A program made the position numbers and the translations under genes. Below, piece by piece: positions 54,401 through 64,000 of a stretch of 64,000 nt of DNA. The notes under the pieces were generated by a model. That model made no database searches, was not told the DNA's origin, and was given only the letters and a program-made list of their open reading frames with translations. How positions within the stretch are numbered: position 1 is the first letter of the stretch; each line of letters opens with the position of its first letter. Source of the DNA: Dimorphilus gyrociliatus (Eukaryota; Animalia; Annelida); the NCBI GenBank assembly GCA_904063045.1, contig CAJFCJ010000007.1, forward strand, positions 306,819 through 370,818, written 5' to 3'.

Positions 54401-57400
54401 AAGACTTGTACAGTCAAATCCATTACTGATACACAGATAACATGTATTATAGATCCTGGAAACGATATGAAAATTGGTGAACAGCATTATGTTAGAGTTT
54501 ACGTTCATGAAAATGGCTATTCGCAAAATAAGCAAGATTATACTTTCTCCTACTCGCTTAGTCCACACATTGCCTCTATAACACCTACATCTGGTTCACT
54601 TGCTGGAAATAATAAAATAACAATTACGGGAGCCGGGTTTACAACAGACACTGTTGAAGTAAAACTCGGCCTAGTCACTTGTGAAATAGAATCTGTCTCA
54701 TATACAGAAATTGTATGTATTTCACCTCTTAAAGCCTCAGCATCGACTGAGACAGTATCGGTAACTGTTGGAGGATTTCCAGCTATTTGCAAAGCAAGTG
54801 GAGACGTATGCACCTACGAATACTCGGCAGCTTCAACTCCAGAAATAACGGCCATAAATCCTACATCTGGAGGAGCATCAACTACAATAACTATTACTGG
54901 TTCTAATTTCGGTACAAATAAAGATGATCTATCTCTAAAAGTTGGGGAAGCTGATTGTATTCCAAAAGATGGTTTAACTGATACTCAGGTTGAATGTGAT
55001 TTAGCTGCTTCAGCAGTAGGAGCAAACTCTTTGGCTCTTGAAAAAGTAAATGCTGGCTCTGCTATTGTCGGAAACAGTGTAAGTTTCAGTGGAACGCCAA
55101 CTTTGGATTCGGTAAATCCGACAACTGGCTCTGCAAATGGAGGAACCATAATAACCCTTATAGGAAATGGATTTTCAGCTGATATTTCAATAAGAATTGC
55201 TGGTCAAGATTGTGTCTTAAAATCTAGAACTCTTTCAAGAGTGACTTGTGTTACCCCTCCCTTCATTGCGATGACAGTTACAATCAAAATAACAAGCGGA
55301 TCAACAGAATTTCCAGATATAAACTATGAGTATACAGATTTGGCTACCCCAATCGTCTCGTCAATAAATCCAACAACTGGAACTGGAGGAGATGCCCTGA
55401 CAATAACTGGGAGTGACTTTAATACAGATGCAGCTACAAACGCAGTTACAGTTGGTGGATTAGCTTGTCCAATTACTGGAACACCAACAGCAACAGAAAT
55501 TATATGCACAGTTGATGCAAGTTTAGGTGGAGGAAGTCATCCTGTCAAAGTTGATGTTGACGGAAAAGGTCTTGCAACCAGTTCAGCTTCTTTTGTAATT
55601 ACGTTTGAGATAACAGGAATCGTACCAGCAGATGGAAGTCTTGCTGGCGGTCAAACTTTGACTATTAATGGTGCTGGTTTCAAATCAAGTGACATAGTTA
55701 CTATTTGTAACCAACCATGCCCCATTGAAGCATCATCAAGCAGTCAAATTACTTGTATAACACCTCCCTCTTCCACAGCTCAAACATGTCAGGTTGTTGT
55801 AAACTCAGGAGCTAGCCAAATACAAGATAACTATGACTACTCATCGGCAAAAACTCCTACAATTTCAAACGTTCAACCAAAAAGAGGAGGAACAGCGGGT
55901 GGAACATCTGTAACTATATCTGGCACCGGCTTTGGAACAGTATCGGGTGATGTTACAGTTTCAATGAATGGAATTGAATGGACAGTTGATAACGTGACTG
56001 ATACTGAAGTAATTTGTCGAACTGCAGCTGTTGATAAGCCTGTTGGTCCAGAAAGAACAGGTCGAAATAAAATAAGATTGTTGATTTCTGCTAAAGGAAT
56101 TGCAGATCAAGTAAGTGAACTGCACTGTTTTAAAATCTTAAGATTACTTATTTCTCATTTTGTACAATAGACGAATGCCGATTTCGAATTTATTGATGTT
56201 TGGTCAAGCACATTTACTTGGGGAGGAGCTGATCCTCCAGAAGAAGGTACTTTAGTTGTTATCCCAGCAGGTCAAACTATTTTGCTTGATCAATCAACAC
56301 CTAAGCTAAAGATGCTTCTTATTCAAGGTAATAATAGATATTTTTAGTTATACTTCTTATAAGGAAACCTAACAATTGCAATAAACTTAAAAGGTGGCAG
56401 TGTAATTTTTGACGAAGTTGACTTAGAACTGAAAGCAGAGAATATTCTCATCACTGATGGTGGTTTGCTACAAGTTGGTACTGAAGAAGAGCCTTTCCAA
56501 CACAAAGCCATTATTACAATGTATGGTTTTGTTAGGAGTCCAGAATTACCAATTTATGGTGCAAAAACTTTGGCTCTAAGAGATGGCAGTCTAGAGTTGC
56601 ATGGCAAAAAAGTTAAGCCATGGACAGTTCTTGAACAAAATGCAGCAGCCGGATCTAGTACAATAGTGCTCAAGCATCCTTGCGATTGGAAACCAGATGA
56701 CACGATTATTATTGCTTCTACAGGAGGTCACATGTCTCAAAGAGAAACAGAAACAAGAAAAATCGCTGCCATATCGGCTGATAAACGCACAATAACTCTA
56801 GACGCCCCTCTTACTTATTCACATAGAGGGGAAACCCAAACGTTCGATGGAACTGCTCTAGAAGTGAGAGCCGAAGTAGGTGTTCTGGATCGTAATGTTG
56901 TCGTAAGAGGAAATAATGATATTCAATGGAATGATAAAATTGAAGCATGCCCTGATGGATTCGATCCAGGAGAGCATGCCACTCAAACTTGCTTCCAAGG
57001 AAGATTTGGAGAAGAAGTAGGCAGTGATCAATTTGGATCTCAAATAATGATTCATCAAAATGATCTTAACGCTAATAAAGTTAAAGTCAGGATGGAGTAT
57101 GTGGAAGTAACCTATTCTGGTCAGGCTTTCCGATTAGGTAGATACTCAGTTCATTTCCACTTAAACGGCGACATGACAGGCTCATATGTAAGAGGTTGCT
57201 CTATTCATGATACCTTTAATAGAGCTATAAACATTCACAACACCCACAATTTATTGATTGAACACAACTTGATATTCAATGTGATGGGAGGAGCAATGTT
57301 TTTAGAAGATTCTATTGAACATGGAAATATTTTCCAATATAACCTTGCCGTTAAAGTTCGCTCTTCATCGTCTCTGCTCAACGATGATATCACTCCTGCC

Positions 57401-60400
57401 GCTTTTTGGATAACCAATCCCAATAATATTGTGAGACATAATCATGTAGCTGCTGGAACCCACTTTGGATTTTGGTACAGAATGCTTAAGCATCCTGATG
57501 GGCCTAGTTTCGATCCAACTATTTGTCCTCAACATGTTCCGCTTGGAGAATTCAATAATAACACTGTCCATTCTGTTGGATGGTATGGTTTATGGGTCTT
57601 TGAGGATTATTATCCAACTCTTGAGGGGAATTGTGGTCCTACAAAGACTCCAATTAAAGCCAAATTTACAGGATTAAAGGCTTGGAATAATTTGAGGGGA
57701 CTTGAATTTGTTCATGCAGGAGCTTTGCAAGCCCATGACGGAATATTTGCCAACAACTTAAAGGCAGGCATTGAGATTCTTCATATCTTTAGACACCATG
57801 GAGAGGTTGAGTTCTTTTCGGAAGAAGGAGCTTTGTTGAAGAACAATGTTATAATCTCACATTTAGAGCACACGGATAGAGCTCCCTGCACAAAGAGGGG
57901 TTTAGTTCTACCTTTTGGTAGCGGTCTTTTGATAGATGGTCTTAAATTTGTAAATTTCGATGGCGAACAAGTTTTTTCTCATACTTGCTCAGCTATTGGA
58001 ACAGTAAAGATTACCTGCACATGTACAAAGTTGTGTTCTGGCTATGACTATCAATTTAAGAATGTAAAATGGGTCAATTCTATTAAGAAAGCGTTTTTCG
58101 AATGGGAACATCAGGCGGAACTCACTGATTTAGACGGCTCTTTAACAGGAACGAATAATGCAAAAGCAATTGCAAAATCAAATCTGATGCCCTCAAGTAA
58201 ATGTTCAGATAGCCCCGAATTTTCCGTAAATTTTCCCGGACAAATATGTACTGATATAGATATTTTAAAACTGAATTTGAATGAAGTACAACCTGTCTCT
58301 CTTTTGTATAAGTCAATATACATTGAAAATGAGTATGGAAATTCTATCGTTCCTTACGCTTCCGAGAGAGATATTTATAAAAAAGGCTGGATGATTTTAA
58401 TTCCTGCAGGACACCTTCATAAATTTTATTTTATTGATGGTGCACATATAAGTAATTTCACCTATGAAGCTCAGTTTGATGGACTAACGAACAATGCCTA
58501 TGCCATTATTCAACATAACTTAACAGAGCCATCATTTGACGAAGTCAGTATTCTAAAAGACCCTGTTGACGGAGTTACTTATGATTTGACAAGACAAGTG
58601 TCATACGACACAGATAAAAATGGAATGTTCTATTGGGATGAATCAAAACTAGAATTAACTTACTTGATTTCTGATAAACCAGGCCCAGTTCCTCGTTTTA
58701 CCAGACAAATTAAATTAGTAGCAACTAATTGTCTCTATGAAGGATGTGTGAATCCTTCTTCGGTCGACATTCCCTTAGATACAAAGAGACCTGCGACCGC
58801 AGTATTCTGGAGCGATCTCAAGAGTTGGGAGAATATGCCTACAGGTTATGCAGGTGGTAATCAACTCCCACAAACTGGACAAAAAGTTATAATACCTAAG
58901 GATATGTGGATGGTTGTTGATGTTGAAGTAATTGACCTTCTTTGGATTGAGGTTTACGGCACATTAGAATTCGAGTACAAACCTAAATCTGATGGATCTT
59001 ATTATTCAATTTCTGTTACTACTACTTATATTTTTGTAAAAGGTGGTAGACTTATTGCTGGTTGGCCAAATGATCCATTCCAAGGAAATCTCAATTTACA
59101 ATTTAGAGGTTCTCATGAGACTCCGAAATTCCCTCTCCAAGAGGACGGGCCAACAGCTGGCAACAAAGTTCTAGCAGTTTTCGGAGGTCTGGATTTGATT
59201 GGTAAAAATCGAACTGTTTACTGGACAACTCTGAAATCTCCTGCTGCCGCTGGTGATAGCAAACTCATTTTGTCTAGAGCCGTAGATTGGGTTGTTGGAG
59301 AAGAAATTGTTGTAGCTCCCACAGGCTTTGATGTAAAACATACTGAAACATTCACAATTACCGGAGTATCACCAGACCAAACGGAAATTACACTAAACGG
59401 AACTCTTCAATTTGCTCATATAGCAAGTACTGAACAATATGGTAGCCAAGTAATACAAATTGCCGCTGAAGTTGGTCTTCTGACAAGAAATATAAAAATT
59501 ATTGGTCTTGACAATGGCAATATGTTCAAACAAGCTTTTGGAGCAAGAGTTCTTGTTGGTATTACAAGTGGCATAAATGAGTTTGGAGAGATAGAAGCCC
59601 ATATCGGCTATGCAAGATTAAGAAATGTTGAATTCGCGTATACTGGACAAGAAGGATTTGTGGCTTCTTATGACCCTAGGCATTCTCTTTCGTTTGTACA
59701 TACGGGAGATGTTACAGAGAACAAACCTTCAGAAGTTATTGGCTGCTCGTTTCACAACGGATTTGCTACCGGAATCGCTTTATATTCAGCAAATAAAATG
59801 GTAATTGCAAATAACTTGATTCATCATGTTGTTCGAGAAGCCATTCTTGTAGAGGGAAATATGAACGAATTAATAGATAACTTAGTTGTTCAATCTTTGT
59901 TCCCTGGTACGTTTAACGATAGAAGGGAAAGCTCCAATATACTTTGGCACGCAGCTATTGACATAACTAAATCGTCTGGAACTAAACTGATAGGAAATCA
60001 TGTAGCTGGCTCAGAAAGAGCAGGCTTCCACACGCCTGGTCAGCCATGTGATACTCCTACGAGTGAATTGTGGAGAGATAATGCTGCTCATACTACAATT
60101 TTAGGTCTTTACCAAAGTCCCACTACACAATGTTCCGCTGGCTGCATCATATTTAATGGTTTTACTTTATATAAATCGAATGGATATGGCGTATACACTC
60201 AAACCAAATGTTCTGTAACATTTAATCGTGTGAAATTAGCAGATAATACAGTTGGAATACTCACTATGATCGTAGGACCCAAGTTGGATAACCATGAGTT
60301 CAAGGATTATAGAACAAAATATCATAATGGGTTGATTATTGGCAAATCAGCTTCATTCAACTGTGAAACTGACGTTAGAAATAAACAAGATTATAATATA

Positions 60401-63400
60401 AAATATGGCTCAGCAGGTTTAGGTTGGACCATTGGTGGAGGTTTTGTAGGAGTTTCATTCCCGTTGAGAACATCTGGCGGAAATCTTCATCCAAAGATGC
60501 CATTCAATTTGGCAAAAACAACTCCTGCATTTTACGGAATTATGGAAATAGAGAGTAAGTTCTTTATACTATTTATAACGGCTATTAGTAAATTACTTTA
60601 ATACTTTATAGATACTGAATTCGCAAGATTCCAAACAATGTGTAGTAATCAAAGAGACAGAATGATTGCTACAAACCCACGATCCATTGATGTTCAATGG
60701 ATTATTGAACTTAAACGCTGTTATAAACATTATGTTGATGAGGACTCCCTTGTACATTTCCATAAGCCAACTGGAGCATCTGCTGATGAATGTGTCGATA
60801 TGACCTGTGACGGAATGAAAAAACCTTTGTTGAGAATCATTGACGGAACTATAACTGAATCTTCAGGAGTCTTCTTTGCAGATTCAACAGTTGGGTACAA
60901 TACAGACAGATCTCAAGGTTTAGGAGATTATAGAATACCAAAAACAATGCTTACAGAAGTAGGCACTGGTAAAAGAATTCCCCCTGAGGAAATAAGATTT
61001 GGTGGATTAGGTATTATTAGAGATAGCACATGTCAACAAAAATCAAACGTTCCAGGATTTTTTTGTCCTTCAATTGACTATCATACTATGGTTTTCGAAA
61101 GTCTGGATGAAGATTCTAAAACCAGAAGAATAGGACCAATAGCCTTCCAATCAGATACTGGCTACTTAGATATGATTAATGGGCCAAGGGATGTAGGAAT
61201 TTGTGCTGGCTATGTTTGTAGACATAGATCGTCAGCATTTTGGTCTATTGTTAAATTAAATCATCAATATAACATCTACCTAACCGGTACAGCTCCACAG
61301 AGCCTTAGATTTCACTTGCCATACGTCAACTCACAAGAGACTATAAGAATAGCTTTCTATTACGGCTTAATGCAGAGATTAGATATTTCAGTTGATGGGG
61401 AATATATTCCTCCTAAAAATATCAAAGACCCAAATAATTATAATGATGGTTATATATCGAGCACTAACCCGAAACAGGACTTTATGCCAAGTTACTCAGA
61501 TCCATCCGGTACCAACTACTTTGATTCAGATGAAATGATAATATACTTCCTCATGAAGGGAAATAAACCCGTCGAGATATCCTTAAAACAAGTTGTTATT
61601 ATGCAATTTGGCGTTCCTCCGATGTCAGTAGCTGACTTTTATGGGAAGAATCTTGTACAGAATTTGGCCAATTTCCTTGGTATTCCTAAAGAAAAAATTC
61701 GTTACGTAAATGTAATATCTGAACTAGCTGCCAGTAGTCGAAAACGACGTAGTCTTCCAAATCTTAAAGTCATGATTCAAATAGGAGATCAGCCAGGCTC
61801 CAGCACTCTTCAATGGTCCCATCTCAATAATATCTACTCTCAAATTCAAGTTGCAATTCAAACTGGCGAATTAAATGCTGTTGTCGGTATCCAATTACAA
61901 AACGTTTCACTTAGTCCTGCAGTACCTAGCTCCGACAACCCTGATTGGCAAACATATATTAAGACAATAGAGAATGGAGGAACTCCAACAGCACCTATTG
62001 GTAAACCAGACAAAATTGTTATTAACGAATGCAATCCATTACACGAAGGTGCTGAGTTTACAGCAGTTGCAAAATTAGCAGACAGTGCAGGTTTTCTTGT
62101 TACAAATCTTGGAGGTACTTGGAAAATGAAAGTGGAAATCCGTCATGGCTCAACGGCTAATGCAAATACAAAAATCCTTGGTGAAACAATTGTTTCAGTC
62201 AGCTCGGGCTTCGCGGTATTTAGAAATTTAGCATTCTCACATTCTGGTGGTCCTTATTATTTGGATTTCTCGGTTGTTGAGCCAAGTAATTCAAATATTG
62301 CCAAAGTATCATCGAAGGAAATCAACTTAATATCAAGACCAATAACTTTAATATCTAAGAAGAGTGTTACGAGAGTAATTAAAGCAGAACCATTCCACTT
62401 TAAAATTGAATTGATGGATTCGGTAACGAAATCTAGAATTAGCAATGTTTCTTGGAAGGGTCAAAAATGGACTGCTAAAGCTCAATTAGCTAATATTCAC
62501 AAGTCACAGGCCTGGAGTACATCAGGGGAAGTAGAATTCGATAATAACGGCTACGCTATTGTACACAACATATTTAATTCAACTGGCTTTTTCGCTGTAA
62601 AAGTTATGGCTATCAGCAATGGAAATGAACTTGTTAAGGAGGAATTTGTGAGAGTCTTTGAAAAAACTCAGAAACCCGTTAAAGTAGATGTAACAAGACG
62701 ACTTACTCTAAAGTTTAAAAATGACTTTTCATCTGTTGCTGATCATCTGACATCATTTGCAGTAGTGTTAGCAAATCACGTCAGAAAAATTAAAGAAGAG
62801 GTAGAATTGAATAATTTTGCGTTTAGAGAAGGAAGTATTTTTGCTAACTTTTCGGTTGGTGGAGAGAATACAAATGTTAACGATGTCATAGAAACCTTAA
62901 AAAATCAAATCAAAAAGGGTTTTGCCCTAGATTTCAATAGCAAAAAATTCTCAGCTCACCCATACTTTTACGTTGATGGAAAAGTTGTTGATGAGCTTGA
63001 TGGGCAGGAAACAGAAAAAGAGGAATCTAGTTCCCTTAGTACGGGTGCTATTGTTGGAATTGCAGTTGGATGTGGAATTGGAGTATTTATTATTGTACTC
63101 CTTGTTGTCGTTATAGTTGTTGTAACTAAGAATTCTAAAAAAGGTAGCATAAACAAAGACCGAATAAATGACAGTCCCCCACCACCGTATATTGGAAATC
63201 AGCCGCCTTCCTTGACGAAATACGACGAAATCAAAGTTATACCTTCAAAAGAAAGACGGTAAGGCGATTAGAATAATTTTTTCATCCCTTTTATATAATT
63301 CTTTATAATTAACAGTGACACGGATGCTTCATATATTTCTGGAAAAGTGTCGAGTTCCTCTTTAAGTATAGGAACCTTTGGCCCGGACTCAAGACCTGGA

Positions 63401-63487
63401 AGCTCCAGAAATGAAATCGTAACAAGCTTAACTCCAAATCCTAGTAGAAGAGCATCAGCAGCTGCTGTGCCTACAGTAAATGAATAA
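48421..63487 (+). CDS. PKHD1L1: Fibrocystin-L (PKHD1L1-like) giant type I membrane protein
   Basis: 23 exons: 48421..48501, 48568..48709, 48776..48867, 49229..49451, 49516..49592, 49650..50221, 50282..50654, 50720..51033, 51094..51294, 51357..51481, 51564..51724, 51792..52019, 52098..52252, 52303..52428, 52510..53004, 53067..53199, 53261..53450, 53508..54118, 54174..56110, 56171..56327, 56394..60554, 60612..63258, 63316..63487; all phases compatible. N-terminal IPT (PKVTHIQPQKGSLNGGTRITIFG), PA14-like region, many IPT/TIG repeats, cupredoxin-like insert, two G8 domains with PbH1 beta-helix repeats, TM helix near 63047-63124 and a cytoplasmic tail. Confidence 0.95.
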
Positions 63488-64000
63488 AGTATTCTATATT
63501 TTGCCCTGCAGCTATAAAGATTTTAACAAGGAACTTATGAAAAACTTGAATATATATGATAAATATAAATTGTTATGTCGATATTAAATTTGAAAATCTC
63601 TAAAGTTATTGAACAGAAAATCAAATTTTATTTTTAAAAGAAAACAATAAGTTAATTTAACAATTAATATTTTCTCAGTCAATTGTTTCTGATTTTTGGT
63701 TAAAACCTCACTTGATATTTAGATAATACAAATACAGCATTTACACTATAAAAATCTGGTTTTAATTGTTCTTTTAAGTTACCAAAGATATTAAAATAAC
63801 AAGAGTTTATCTTCTGGAAAAGGATATGATATTGAAAAGTTACTTTTAGCAACGACCTGACTGTTGTTTTGCTTCTTTTTTTTTGGAATTTAATCAAAAA
63901 CTTTACTGATTTCACAGTAGATCTAATTCAAAAAGAAGAAGAGAGCAAACTCGCTTTAGCCTGATTCGTCTTCTTCTATTAGGAAAATGAAAAAGTATAG

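Noticed and set aside
52510-56110. Repetitive-looking IPT/TIG coding region as a DNA repeat or array
   Set aside because: The repetition is at the level of diverged protein domains, not a nucleotide repeat, CRISPR array or mobile element.
49785-63156. Many short alternative-frame and antisense ORFs inside fibrocystin-L
   Set aside because: Shadows of a long coding sequence with no independent signals.
63700-63915. 71-aa minus-strand ORF at the window end
   Set aside because: AT-rich, no motif, and lies in the probable 3' flank of fibrocystin-L.

Overview
This is eukaryotic (animal) genomic DNA: AT-rich, gene-dense, with mostly 40-100 nt GT-AG introns. The gene set and the compact architecture suggest a small-genome lophotrochozoan such as the meiofaunal annelid Dimorphilus; that assignment is inference and should be confirmed by BLAST. 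Hand-assembled, frame-consistent gene models in order: frizzled 5/8 (+); an MKK3/6-type MAP2K with a complete N-terminal Fn3 domain (-); EXOSC5/Rrp46 (+); MRPL2 (-); an ~1010-aa orphan coiled-coil protein (+); MEF2 (-) with a GC-rich upstream region carrying clustered CRE, X-box and CTCF motifs; an SMSr-type sphingomyelin-synthase-family gene with no visible SAM domain (-); two tandem nicotinic-receptor-like subunits (+; one alpha with CC, one non-alpha with FF) flanking an orphan single-pass membrane gene (-); and a CAP-domain module that splices in frame into a fibrocystin-L (PKHD1L1) gene, giving a 27-exon, ~4660-aa model. The best leads are the Fn3-MAP2K fusion, the CAP-fibrocystin-L fusion with an SEA-like motif and PPxY tail, the P-D-R / Ser-9' pore of the receptor pair, and dispersed TACAGTA/TACTGTA motifs resembling Tc1/mariner excision footprints. 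I recognised no rRNA, tRNA, CRISPR array or intact transposase. All models and counts are by eye, with no database search.
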